From Nitrospirota bacterium (GTDB lineage: Bacteria > Nitrospirota > Nitrospiria > Nitrospirales > Nitrospiraceae): a stretch of 64,000 nt of DNA. The notes below the pieces were generated by a model. It saw only the letters and a program-made list of their open reading frames with translations, searched no databases and had not been told where the DNA came from. The translations under genes were made by a program, and so were the position numbers. Within the stretch, counting starts at the first letter, position 1, and each line of letters opens with the position of its first letter. Positions 40,882-51,342 of the stretch are shown here, piece after piece. The stretch is from positions 32,001 to 96,000 of the forward strand of contig CAVPBK010000005.1 in assembly GCA_963701855.1 (NCBI GenBank), written 5' to 3'.

Positions 40882-42572
40882 GAAGCCTCTCCCTTTTGCC
40901 GAGCGGTTCGCCGGTTGTAAACCAGTGCATACACGCAGGGGACGAAGAACAGGGTGAAGATGGTAGCAACGAGCAAGCCGCCGATGACGGCGCGGCCTAG
41001 CGGCGCATTTTGGGAATAGCCCGTCGCCATGGGGAACATCCCGAAAATCATGGCTAAGGCAGTCATGAGCACCGGGCGGAAGCGAGTCGTTCCGGCTTCG
41101 ATCGCAGCCCGTAGCGCGTCGCCGTGTTCTTGCAGCCGCTCGCGCGCATAGGACACGACGAGGATCGAATTGGCGGTCGCCGTGCCCATGGTCATGATGG
41201 CGCCCGTCAGTGCCGGCTCCGACAGCCGCGTATGGGTCAGGAACAAGGCCCAGGCGATGCCCGCCAGTGCGCCGGGCAGGGCCGTAATGATGATGAAGGG
41301 ATCGAGCCAAGATTGGTAATTGACGGTGATCAGCAGATAGACCAGCACGATCGCGGCAAGCAGTCCTAAAATCAGCTCGGCATACGCATCATACATCAAT
41401 GAGGCCTGGCCATGGATTTCGACCTCCGCACTGCGTGGTTTCTCGCCTTCCATGCTCTTGGCAACCTGCTCGACATCCGCCAGCACCGCGCCGAGGTCGC
41501 GATCTTCAACGGATACATAGATGTCGAACAGCGGCATAATATTCCCGTGCGTGACCACGCCCGGCGTTCCCTCCGGTGTTAGTGTGGCCAAATTGCCGAG
41601 CAACTGGACCTCACCATCCGCCATGTCGTTCGAGGAATCGACCGGGATGGTCTTGAGACTATTGATGCTGTTGATCTGCGACTGCGGTGTATAGACATTG
41701 ATCAGGTACGACATGCCGGTACTGGGATCGAGCCAATAGATTTGATCGACCTGTTGGCTTCCGGCGGTTGTCATGAGAAGATTTTCGGCCATCTCCTTCA
41801 CGGTTCTGTTGACACCGAGTCCGAACGTGCGGTTGCCTTCGACCATGACGGTCGGTGTGCGCATCGTCTGCTGGACCACCACGTCCACGGCGCCGGGGAC
41901 CTGGCGAAACTTGTCGGCCAATTTACGGGCATACTCGTAGCTGGGGTAAATGTCCGGGCCGTTGACCTGCACGTCGATCGGCGCAGGCGCGCCGAAGTTA
42001 AGAATTTTTGCGGTCAGATCGGACGGCTGGAACGTGAATTCGGTTCCCGGATAGCGTTCCTTCAACCCCTGGCGGATAATTTTTCGGAAGTCCCACACCG
42101 GCGATTTTTCATTCTTCAAGAGGATCGTCAGGTCACAATCCTGAGGGCCGATCGTCGGCGTCGGAATGAAAGCGAGGTTATGCGGTCCGACCGGCAGACC
42201 ACAATTGCTGACGATGTTTTCAACTTGACCTGGCAGTAACTCCTCAATGCTTTCGGAGACGAGCGTGGCAATGCGCCCTGACACTTCGATCCGCGTCCCG
42301 AGCGGCGCTCGCATGTGCATCTGAATGACCCCCGACCTGATCTCAGGAAAGTAATCGCGTCCGAGGAAGAAAAAGAGAGACAATGAGGCCAACGCGATGG
42401 CCAGAGAAATCGTGACAAAGATGCCGCGACGGGCGATCGCCTGTTCGAGCAACAGACCATAGCGCTCGCGGATCTGATTGAAGCGGCGTTCGAACCCCTT
42501 CTGAAAGCGGACAAAAGGGTTCCGCGAGGGTTTAGCGCCCGGCTGCTCCTGCTGTTCCTGCGGCTGCGACAT
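40878..42572 (-). CDS. RND (AcrB/CusA superfamily) permease, C-terminal half
   Basis: TM7-12 region: GTATANSILVV, RFRPVLMTA. AGGAG sits just upstream of ATG 42572. Confidence 0.85.
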   Translation of the reverse strand: MSQPQEQQEQPGAKPSRNPFVRFQKGFERRFNQIRERYGLLLEQAIARRGIFVTISLAIALASLSLFFFLGRDYFPEIRSGVIQMHMRAPLGTRIEVSGRIATLVSESIEELLPGQVENIVSNCGLPVGPHNLAFIPTPTIGPQDCDLTILLKNEKSPVWDFRKIIRQGLKERYPGTEFTFQPSDLTAKILNFGAPAPIDVQVNGPDIYPSYEYARKLADKFRQVPGAVDVVVQQTMRTPTVMVEGNRTFGLGVNRTVKEMAENLLMTTAGSQQVDQIYWLDPSTGMSYLINVYTPQSQINSINSLKTIPVDSSNDMADGEVQLLGNLATLTPEGTPGVVTHGNIMPLFDIYVSVEDRDLGAVLADVEQVAKSMEGEKPRSAEVEIHGQASLMYDAYAELILGLLAAIVLVYLLITVNYQSWLDPFIIITALPGALAGIAWALFLTHTRLSEPALTGAIMTMGTATANSILVVSYARERLQEHGDALRAAIEAGTTRFRPVLMTALAMIFGMFPMATGYSQNAPLGRAVIGGLLVATIFTLFFVPCVYALVYNRRTARQKGEAS

Positions 42573-44055
42573 GGTGGCTCCTCATCATATATATCGCCAT
42601 AGTCGGCACCAGCGTACGCGATAGGATGAAAGAGGCAAGCATCGCGATGATGATCGCCTCCGCCATGGGTTTGAACAGGTAGCCGGCGACGCCGCCGAGA
42701 TCGAAGAGCGGGAGCCAGACGACCGCGATGCAGAGGGTGGCGACGAGCGTCGGCACGACGATCTGATTGGCGGCGTCGATGATGGCCTGCTCCAGATCTT
42801 TGCCCATTTCGATGTGGCGGTCGATATTTTCGATCATCACGGTCGCATCATCGACGAGAATGCCGACGGCCAGCGCCAACCCGCCCAAGGTCATGACGTT
42901 GATCGTCTCTCCGAGCAGATGCAGGCCGATGATGGCGGTTAGAATGGACAGCGGGATCGAGGTCCACACGATGACCGTGGCTCTCCAGGAACCGAGCAGC
43001 AATAACACGATGAGGCCGACCAGCGCGCCGGCGGTCAGCATTTCGTGCAGCACGTCCGAGATCGAATCCTTCACGAAGGTCGAGGCGTCGTCAAGGAGCC
43101 TGATCTCCACTCCCTCCGGAGAGATTTGCTTGGCGCGCGGGATCATCTTTTTTATCCCATCGACCACGTCGAGAGTCGAGGCCTCCGTGCTCTTCATCGC
43201 GATGATGATGACGGTCTGTTTCCCTTTCACCAGCACGGCGTTCTGTTGTACCCGGCCCATGAGGCGCACTGTGGCCACGTCGCGCAGGTAGACGAACGCA
43301 TTGCCTTCCCGCTTGATCGGAATATCGTTGAAATGTGCAATGTCCAACGGTGACGCGTTCGTCAGGACCACCCAGTCGGTCTGCTTGATCTTGATGTCGC
43401 CGGACGGCAACACCATATATTGTTTCATGAGGGCATCGTGGATGTCCGACGGGGTGAGATGCCGGGCGAGCAACTTCTGTTGATCGAGGTTGACCATGAC
43501 CTGCATGTCCTGCCCCCCGTATGGATGCGGGAGGACGATCCCCGGTACCGTCACGAGTAGAGGGCGGATTCGCATGTAAGCGAGGTTATAGAGTTCCGCG
43601 GGCGTCATGTGGTCGGAGCTGATTTGGAGCATGGCCACCGGGATAGAAGATGGCGCGAGACGCATGACCATGGGCGGAGAAATATCGGGGGGGAGAGCCT
43701 TGACGACGTTCTGCGCAATGCCCACGATATCCGCTTCGGCTCTGGCCACATCGACTCCGTCCTGGAGATAGATGTTGGTGATGCTGCTGCCGTTGTAGGA
43801 ATGGCTATGGATATATTTGATGCCCTCGACCGTCGAGGTCAAAAAGCGTTCGAATAGATACGTGATGCGCCCTTCCACCTGCTTTGGGATCATGCCGGAA
43901 TAGATCCAGACCACGGAGGTGACCGGAATCGTGATATTCGGAAAGACGTCGGTCGGCATGTGGAGCAACATCTTGGTGCCTAGTATAATAATAAGAATGG
44001 ACATGACGACGAAGGTGTAGGGTCTGCGGAGGGCAATGAGAACGATCTGGTTCAT
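42532..44055 (-). CDS. RND permease, N-terminal half
   Basis: ALRRPYTF, DVFPNI, GILVDDATVMIENI (TM4 DD). Ends after TM6. Confidence 0.88.
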   Translation of the reverse strand: MNQIVLIALRRPYTFVVMSILIIILGTKMLLHMPTDVFPNITIPVTSVVWIYSGMIPKQVEGRITYLFERFLTSTVEGIKYIHSHSYNGSSITNIYLQDGVDVARAEADIVGIAQNVVKALPPDISPPMVMRLAPSSIPVAMLQISSDHMTPAELYNLAYMRIRPLLVTVPGIVLPHPYGGQDMQVMVNLDQQKLLARHLTPSDIHDALMKQYMVLPSGDIKIKQTDWVVLTNASPLDIAHFNDIPIKREGNAFVYLRDVATVRLMGRVQQNAVLVKGKQTVIIIAMKSTEASTLDVVDGIKKMIPRAKQISPEGVEIRLLDDASTFVKDSISDVLHEMLTAGALVGLIVLLLLGSWRATVIVWTSIPLSILTAIIGLHLLGETINVMTLGGLALAVGILVDDATVMIENIDRHIEMGKDLEQAIIDAANQIVVPTLVATLCIAVVWLPLFDLGGVAGYLFKPMAEAIIIAMLASFILSRTLVPTMAIYMMRSHHVAAAGTAGAAGR

Positions 44056-44253
44056 GCGTGAAGACTCCAACAGATTGTGCGATGTTGATTCTCCGAGACG
44101 TAGCTCACTTTCATAAAGCTCAGTTTTGGTTGGATTTTGAGTAGCCTATGCCGCATGCCGACCGGCCAGCCTTCAGCCATTGGGAGTCTGAATCGGATAG
44201 CGGAATAATTTTGAGACGCTAATTTCATGTAACGGATCATGCGCAATATGCCT

Positions 44254-44270
44254 TGCAAGGTATTTGCCTG
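44254..44270 (-). promoter_or_regulatory. Probable sigma54 promoter for the RND operon
   Basis: Minus strand CAGGCAAATACCTTGCA has GG-N10-GC spacing and lies next to a divergent sigma54 activator. Confidence 0.55.
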
Positions 44271-44783
44271 GCTTATGAGAATCGAAATTACGAAGATTGG
44301 CTAGGTAATCTGCGGAATGCGGTAGTGTGCTGGAGTCGAAGGGATGAGCTCCACATGTGCCACAATTACACATGTGTGACAAAGGTATCCGGTCGACGAT
44401 AGGTTACTTAGATAATAAATGGCTCGCCGATAGACTCTTCTCAGAGGGTGATCATTCTCCGTGGAATTCAACTCACCTCCATTCCTTAGCGCATACCATG
44501 CGCGGCCTTTTACCGTCGACGCCACACGAGCACATAACCAAATACTGATCGGCGATTTAAGGCAGAGCGAGTTTGCTGCGAAGTTCTGAAACTTCCTTAA
44601 TCAATTAATACATGCGAGCGACGAGTGACGATCGGACAGGACCATGATTTGCATGATCTCACTTCGTGGTATCGCTGATGAACTGGGGTATGAGAATCTA
44701 GGGTTTTCCCTAGGTTCTCGCTTGATTCGACCTAGGCCATCTCATAGAAAATCGAACCCCTCACATAGTAGGATGGTAGGAGG

Positions 44784-46430
44784 ATGGCGGACCAATTCAA
44801 CGAGAGCGAGATGTCTAAAAGGTGGTTCAAGCTCAATGGTATCATGGCCTGGGTCACGGTCACCGCAGCTATCCTCGTCGGATTGTCGATCGTCGTCACT
44901 GGAATCATCGAAAGCAAAGTTGTTGATCAGGCGGGAGCACACGATCGACAAGTAGCATTTCTTCGCGTCTCCGAATTTTTGGGTAACATGATCGGCCAGA
45001 CGGGCGGAATCCGAGATCATACGGTGTTGCAAGAACTTATCAAAGAGGTTCGCGAGCTCCGACCAGGAATCCAACGTCTTTCGGTGTTTGAAATCACGCC
45101 CGGATCGAGCTCCCTCATATTCAGCACGGATCCGAAGATGATTCCCCGAGTCCTGGATCCACTGGAACGGATCGAGATTGAAGCGGGACGCTCAGTTATG
45201 CAGATCGATGAATCATCGGCAGAACGGGCTTGGCGCATCACAGCGCCGGTTACAATCGACGGCAAGGTCGTCGGTGCGTTGCGCGGTCTCTTCTCGGTAA
45301 AGGAGTACGATGATCTTATCGGACAAGAAATTGCGCTGACCCAAATGATCGGCATCGGCGTCGTTCTCCTCACATCGTTGGTCTTTTTGATGCTGATACG
45401 GGTCAAGGTCCATCAACCGATTCACCGACTGCTCTATGCCATGCGAACTGTGGAGGGCGGAGATCTATCCGGTCAGGCATCGGTGACGGGTCCCTCTGAG
45501 ATTCAAGAGTTGGTGGCCCAGTTCAATCGCATGCTTGATCGCGTGCGGGAAGACCGAATAGAGAAAGATCGCCTATTGGGGGATGTCCGGCATTTCAACG
45601 AAACGCTTCAGAAGCGGGTCGTCGAAGCCACCGAGGAACTGCAGCAAGCGAACGATGAACTCGTCGAGGCGAGACTTGCGATAGAGCGAAGTCACCGCTT
45701 GGCGTCTCTGGGAGAGTTGTCCGCGACGGTGGCCCACGAATTGGGCAACCCCTTAAACGCCCTTTCCGGCCATCTGCAGATGCTCACCTATACCCGCGAT
45801 TCGTCAAATCGACAGCGACATCTTGCCATCATTCGCTCCGAGGTCGACCGCATGGTCGCGATCATCAGACAACTGTTGGATCAGACCCGTGTGCATCTCC
45901 AGCCAGTTCCCATGAATCTCAACGGCATTATCCGCGAAGTGCTGTCCCTGCTCTTACCGGGTCTGCCTCGGCAGCACGTTACTCTGAAAACAGACTTACA
46001 AGCCGATCTTCCACTGGTCGCCAGCGACCCCGGCGCCCTGCATGGCCTACTGTTTAACCTGGCCACCAACGCAATCCAGGCAATGCCATCCGGCGGGGAA
46101 TTGATTATCCGGACACGTGCTGTCTACAGTACAGAACTTCCTGGAACGGTCATAGTGAGTGAAGGTGCTCTAGTCAACGGCACTTCGGTCCGCTTAATCA
46201 TCGCCGACACGGGCAATGGGATTCCTCCAGAGCACTTAACCCGAATATTCGAGCCGTTCTTCACGACCCGACACGACCAAGGAGGAACGGGATTGGGGTT
46301 GGCGATCTGTCACCGCGTGGTGACAGACAGCGGCAGCAGGCTCGCCGTGAAGAGTGAAGTGGGACACGGAACGGAGTTCACTGTGGATCTGCCCATCTGG
46401 AATGAGTGGGAGATACGGAGACATCAATGA
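44784..46430 (+). CDS. Sensor histidine kinase (periplasmic domain, HAMP, HisKA, HATPase)
   Basis: AHELGNPL, NAIQAM, DTGNG, FEPFFTT, GTGLGL. Confidence 0.94.
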   Translation: MADQFNESEMSKRWFKLNGIMAWVTVTAAILVGLSIVVTGIIESKVVDQAGAHDRQVAFLRVSEFLGNMIGQTGGIRDHTVLQELIKEVRELRPGIQRLSVFEITPGSSSLIFSTDPKMIPRVLDPLERIEIEAGRSVMQIDESSAERAWRITAPVTIDGKVVGALRGLFSVKEYDDLIGQEIALTQMIGIGVVLLTSLVFLMLIRVKVHQPIHRLLYAMRTVEGGDLSGQASVTGPSEIQELVAQFNRMLDRVREDRIEKDRLLGDVRHFNETLQKRVVEATEELQQANDELVEARLAIERSHRLASLGELSATVAHELGNPLNALSGHLQMLTYTRDSSNRQRHLAIIRSEVDRMVAIIRQLLDQTRVHLQPVPMNLNGIIREVLSLLLPGLPRQHVTLKTDLQADLPLVASDPGALHGLLFNLATNAIQAMPSGGELIIRTRAVYSTELPGTVIVSEGALVNGTSVRLIIADTGNGIPPEHLTRIFEPFFTTRHDQGGTGLGLAICHRVVTDSGSRLAVKSEVGHGTEFTVDLPIWNEWEIRRHQ

Positions 46431-47830
46431 GCGGTCCGCCATCAATTCTCGTCGTGGATGACGACCAGCGAAACCGGGAGATGTTGGCCGAGGCATTGAG
46501 CCAAGCCGGCTTTGCGGTCGATATGGCCTGTGATGGCACAGAAGCCCTGAGCAAGGCCAATGCGGGAACGTACGATACTGTGTTGAGCGATATCCGCATG
46601 ATCCCGTGTTCCGGTTTGGACCTTTTGGATTCGATTCGCAAGACCATGCCGGAGCTGCCCATCGTGCTCTTGACCGCGTTCGGCTCGGTCGACACTGCCA
46701 TCCAAGCCATGAAGCAAGGAGCATTCGATTACATCGCCAAGCCCGTGAATCTTGACGAACTCATCCTCACCATAAAGCGAGCCGTCAAGCATCGGCGTCT
46801 GATAGAGAACACTCGCACGCCTAAGCGTGCGTTTAATGAACAGTCGCGGGCCGCCTCTTTGATCGGACAAAGCAAGCAAATGGTCGAGGTCTTCAAACTT
46901 ATTGGAAAGGTCTCTCACAGCCGGACAGCCGTACTGATTCAGGGTGAGAGCGGCACCGGCAAAGAATTAATCGCCCGCGCAATCCACGATAACAGCCCGC
47001 GTGCGACTTACCGATTTGTCCCCATCAACTGTAGTGCGATTCCAGATACCTTGCTCGAAAGCGAACTCTTCGGTCACACGAAGGGTTCGTTCACCGGTGC
47101 TCACACGATGCGGCGTGGATTGCTTGAGGACGCGAGCGGTGGCACGTTCTTTTTGGACGAAGTCGGCGATCTCTCTCCGGCCGGACAGGCAAAACTTCTC
47201 CGCGTCCTCCAAGAAGGTGAAATCCGAAGGATTGGAAGCAACGAGTCGGTACGCGTAGATTTGCGGGTTATTGCAGCCTCGCGCCGAAATCTCGCCCAAC
47301 TGGTAGCGACCGGCCGGTTTCGTGAGGATCTGCTCTATCGGCTGAACACGGTCATGGTTCTCCTGCCTCCACTTCGGGAACGGCATGAAGATATTCCCTT
47401 GCTGGCAGAATTCTTTCTCGCAAAGTATGGCGACAAGAAGGAAGTTCCTGTCACGTCTTTTTCATCCGCCACGATGAGCGCGCTGACTGAATATTCCTGG
47501 CCGGGGAACGTGCGTGAGTTAGAACACGTCGTTGAACGGGCAGTGGCGCTGGCCTCGCAGGCTATTCTCTCAATCGAGGATCTCCCACCTGAAGTCATTC
47601 GGAAAGACGGAGAAGCTTCGGATCAGAGTGACATCTTCCCCGGCACGCTCAAAGCGCTGCGGCGGGAACAAGTGCTAAAAATTCTGGAATCAACCCATGG
47701 CAACAAAGAGCGGACGGCTCGTTTACTCGGTATCAGCAGACGAACGCTCTACCGACTCCTCGAACAATACGGGCTCGGCAAAACTAAATCTTCGACCGAA
47801 GCTGACACTTCGAATCCTGTCGGTTCCTGA
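46427..47830 (+). CDS. Sigma54-dependent response regulator (NtrC/AtoC family)
   Basis: Receiver domain, GESGTGKE, GSFTGA, WPGNVREL, Fis-type HTH. Confidence 0.95.
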   Translation: MSGPPSILVVDDDQRNREMLAEALSQAGFAVDMACDGTEALSKANAGTYDTVLSDIRMIPCSGLDLLDSIRKTMPELPIVLLTAFGSVDTAIQAMKQGAFDYIAKPVNLDELILTIKRAVKHRRLIENTRTPKRAFNEQSRAASLIGQSKQMVEVFKLIGKVSHSRTAVLIQGESGTGKELIARAIHDNSPRATYRFVPINCSAIPDTLLESELFGHTKGSFTGAHTMRRGLLEDASGGTFFLDEVGDLSPAGQAKLLRVLQEGEIRRIGSNESVRVDLRVIAASRRNLAQLVATGRFREDLLYRLNTVMVLLPPLRERHEDIPLLAEFFLAKYGDKKEVPVTSFSSATMSALTEYSWPGNVRELEHVVERAVALASQAILSIEDLPPEVIRKDGEASDQSDIFPGTLKALRREQVLKILESTHGNKERTARLLGISRRTLYRLLEQYGLGKTKSSTEADTSNPVGS

Positions 47831-48315
47831 TATCCGCCCGCCTATCATTTCGATGGAGTTTCACCGTCTCATGTGCACGCCAGGGATAAAACCAGGGGCA
47901 ATGAATTTGCGTTCATTAGTATCCTCTCAAGGGGACGATATGCAGCCGTTTGGGCCTCTCGACTATGTCCTTGATCTTGGAGATAGAGCGTGCTGTTCAA
48001 GCATTGAGAGTGCCACGCCAGGAGTAGCGTGCAAAGTTCTGGTGTATCCAGAAGGTGACCCCTCTGCTGAGCGAATACTGGCTACCGGCACCCTACGCCA
48101 GATGGTACGCAAGATTCCTATCCCTTGGAGTACTGGAAGCTTAAGCGGACAGTCTCGATCCGCGCCGCAGGTTGACCACATTCATTCGAGCAACGGGCAT
48201 CTTCTGGTCTTTGCCGACAATTATCAACGTACTAAAACTTGAGTGACTATCTCGATGACTATCATACGGGCTGCCCCCCTTTGCCACCTTCTTTTGAGGG
48301 TGAAAGGAGTCGAGT

Positions 48316-48615
48316 ATGACTAATGAGGAAAATCGGGAGGCAATCCGTCCGTGGATTGATCCGAAAGAACGGGTCACGGTGAACTTCCTCGACGAGCAGG
48401 GCTTGAATGCGGAGGTGACCGACTGCAACGACGTGGTCGTGGACCTCTCACTCGAAACTCAGATACCGCATATCAAACAACACATCTCGATTCCACTGCG
48501 ACGCGCTCAAGTGCCGGAAGATCCGTCCCACTGTACTCGGAACCCTGATCGGCCACTGAAACTCATCCGTTTGATGCCGATCATTGATGAAAAGCGTCCG
48601 CCGATCGTCTACTAA
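48316..48615 (+). CDS. Small hypothetical protein
   Basis: RBS AAGGAG before the ATG and protein-like composition. Confidence 0.55.
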   Translation: MTNEENREAIRPWIDPKERVTVNFLDEQGLNAEVTDCNDVVVDLSLETQIPHIKQHISIPLRRAQVPEDPSHCTRNPDRPLKLIRLMPIIDEKRPPIVY

Positions 48616-48853
48616 TGGACGACAAAGGTGGGAGTATCCTGGCGAGGCCGTCCGTGTGGAAGCGTCAAGGCTCTCGGGCGTATACGGGCACCGACTTATC
48701 AGGGTATGCACAGCGCGAGTCGACCGCCATCACTCATGGCCTAAACATCCGCTGACACGCTGTCTGAACTTCGCCATGCCCCCGAAAGTCGGTGCCCACT
48801 ACGTCCTCATGAATTACCGCTGTCCTTGGACCTGAGAACCACCCTGCAGTTCA

Positions 48854-49213
48854 CTAGTTGATCTTGTGAATGGACAGCACGCGTTCCTCATGATTCACTT
48901 CGGCGAGTTTCGCCTCAATCTGATCTCCTGGCTCAATAGCACTGCCATTCTTGAGGGTGGGCGTGAGAGGCAACTCCACTTCCTTCCCATTATATCGCTC
49001 CACGATCAGCCTATCGCCGTCCACGCGCAACACCTCGCCCTTGATGGTTTTGATGCCCTGCTGATTCTCTTTGCTACACAGCAGGAGATTCGGGAGTCCG
49101 CCTTTCCTCGTCGCACAGGGGTTCGGTTGGAATGCCTGCGTGACACTGGCCAGACTCAGGCACAGCACGACACCACATGAGATGACCCCGATGATTTTAG
49201 GAAGCGATACCAT
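48854..49213 (-). CDS. Exported small protein with an OB-fold-like C-terminal domain
   Basis: RBS AAGGAGG, signal peptide, IKGEVLRVDG...GKEV.L...GDQIEA. Similar to 54237-54539. Confidence 0.7.
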   Translation of the reverse strand: MVSLPKIIGVISCGVVLCLSLASVTQAFQPNPCATRKGGLPNLLLCSKENQQGIKTIKGEVLRVDGDRLIVERYNGKEVELPLTPTLKNGSAIEPGDQIEAKLAEVNHEERVLSIHKIN

Positions 49214-49485
49214 GTGAGCCTCCTTGGTTGATGGTTTGTGGTTCGAGAACCGTGGCTCCGACACGTCCTCATGTCTCAGCCGTTAGTGTGACTCTACCGC
49301 CCCCACATGAAGGAACTATGAACGAATGATGAAAATTTTTTCATTAATTGCGGGTCACAAACAGACCCGTGAAATTCCTAGTGGTTCCCAGAGGCATGAT
49401 CCACAACACGCGCTTGAATACTGCACGCCTCGTCTTCTGGGGACGATCTAGTCGGCCGCCTTCTTCCTACTGGATGTACGAAGTC

Positions 49486-49560
49486 TCATTTATCGATCTC
49501 GCGAATGGACACCACATGTTCCTCGCAATTCACTTCAGCGAGTTTCACCTCAACCCAATC
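49486..49560 (-). pseudogene. 3' remnant of a paralog of 48854-49213
   Basis: DWVEVKLAEVNCEEHVVSIREIDK* versus DQIEAKLAEVNHEERVLSIHKIN*. Confidence 0.7.
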
Positions 49561-49602
49561 GTTTTGTGTCTGACGCTGCCGAGGAGAAGAGAAAGAGAAA
49601 CA

Positions 49603-50040
49603 CTAGATAGGTTGGAGCCGATCTTCCTTGGGCATCTGGTCGACAGACGCCAATGCACGCTGAATGACGTTATCCAAACCACTCCCCGTTGTGTGTTGTT
49701 TAGCCAAACAGACATACGCCCCGTAGAGAATCGCTAAGTCCCATACTTCTCGCTGTGTCATCTGGGTCAGCACTATCACGGCAACCTGCGGTCTGGTGGG
49801 GATCGGAATCAAATCTAGCAACAGTTGAAATCCCAATTGATCAGGCAGTGCGAGTTCGAGCACGACGCAATCGAATCGCCGAGACCGGTAGAGTTTGAGG
49901 GCGGACTCACGGTCCTCGACTTCTGCGATCAGATATTCGGCGGAGTGATGCTTGAGCTGATTTGCCCAGTAGGTTCGCTGCGCCTGGCTCCCATCGACGA
50001 GAAGAATGGAAGTGGTGCGAGGGTCGTGGTTCGACAGCAT
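49603..50040 (-). CDS. Stand-alone atypical receiver domain
   Basis: ILLVDG, DCVVLELALPDQLG (Glu at the usual phospho-Asp), VIVLT, LAK. Confidence 0.78.
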   Translation of the reverse strand: MLSNHDPRTTSILLVDGSQAQRTYWANQLKHHSAEYLIAEVEDRESALKLYRSRRFDCVVLELALPDQLGFQLLLDLIPIPTRPQVAVIVLTQMTQREVWDLAILYGAYVCLAKQHTTGSGLDNVIQRALASVDQMPKEDRLQPI

Positions 50041-50441
50041 ACCCGAATCCTCTTGATTATGGGGGGGGAACTCGATCAGGAACCACATGAGGCGGTCAAG
50101 AGAGGACAAGATGGCGCTCTGTCGCCTGTTGCCGAGAGCCCCCTCACTCTCAGCATTTCCACCGCACCTTGTACAGTCAGTGGTGCATCGCCTTCAGCCC
50201 TCTTGTTGGTGGATCACGTTGGCACATTTGGGCTCCAAGACCAGGGCAGTTCTCACTGACCAGCGGTGCATTCCTGGACAGATTGGGGACCCTCGCGGGA
50301 GTACTTCACACTTCAAGCCGAGGGCGGTCGCCATGCTGCCTATCGGATGCGCCAAGATTTCGAACGACTCATGAATCACGCGACGGCTCGTGATGGCAAC
50401 GCGATGGCTGTTTTATTGTGACGAGTGTCCGCGTCCTTGCG

Positions 50442-50648
50442 TTATGGGAATCCACTCCCGGTCATAGTGTATGGATCCTCATCCGAAGACGGCGGCTTGG
50501 CTGTCTGCGCATGAAGGAGTTGAGTGTCGGACTTGGAACATGTATCGGTCAGTGTGGCGTCACTCGGCGTGGTCTGCAAAATACCGCACGCTTGGAGCGG
50601 TAGAGCTATAAGAATGAGACCGCTAACAAACCCTCGTATAGATGTTAT
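50442..50648 (-). CDS. Putative 68-aa lipoprotein with an ATA start (or start-mutated pseudogene)
   Basis: GGAGG RBS 5 nt before ATA. ITSIRGFVSGLILIALPLQAC lipobox. Open to TAA at 50442. Confidence 0.5.
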   Translation of the reverse strand: MTSIRGFVSGLILIALPLQACGILQTTPSDATLTDTCSKSDTQLLHAQTAKPPSSDEDPYTMTGSGFP

Positions 50649-50849
50649 GGCGACCTCCGTTGATAATGAGCAATTCGGTTAGCGACCTGCGAGCCTCCAT
50701 GGTGCTGGCGACACACATTCCTGGCACGTCTTATTCTACGCGGCCCATAGACTGAAGGAATCTGTGAAGATTACGAGTCTTACACCTATGAAAGTGCCAG
50801 GCGGTGCTGTCGAGTCGCTGTCGATAGTTTGGTCGGACCGGCGCGTGTG

Positions 50850-51231
50850 ACCGGCCCCCCATGGTTGTACCGGATCGAATGGCACTTACGCACACCGCTG
50901 GGGTGCGATCGTTTCAGGAGCGGGTGGTCGCAACCCCTGTGCCCGATAGGGACCAATCTAGTTGTAGTGTCGTCGCCAACGTTCCACGAGCACGTGCACC
51001 TCCCACAGTGTAGCCAACAGTTCCTCCGATTCAACAGTTCATCGCGTAGCTGTTCCGTAATCCCCAGTGTGCGGCAGGCCTGCGCGACGGGCTGGGCTTT
51101 GCTTATGGCCACTCCGGCTTCGCGCAGCATGGTAATGATCTGCTCGACGGTGTGACGGATGCGGGGCATACGGCCCTCCTTTCGGCTCGACCCTAACGTA
51201 CAGGTCGGATCCGGTTAAGGGGAGCCGGTCA
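50850..51231 (-). mobile_element. Internally deleted IS3-family remnant
   Basis: orfA start MPRIRHTVEQIITMLREA...GITEQ is fused directly to orfB LRDELLN. TG... left end at 51231. The other end is approximate. Confidence 0.8.
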
Positions 51232-51342
51232 AACCCTGAAAACATTTAGGATTGTGCTGAATCCATCAAACCCGATCTCTCGGCGCCATAGGCCAGCCCG
51301 CCACGAGGAAACCGGCGACTTCGAAAGTCTGGCCGCAGCGCC

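Noticed and set aside
50721..50738. Sigma54-like TGGCACG site
   Set aside because: The -12 position reads TC rather than GC, and no plus-strand gene follows.
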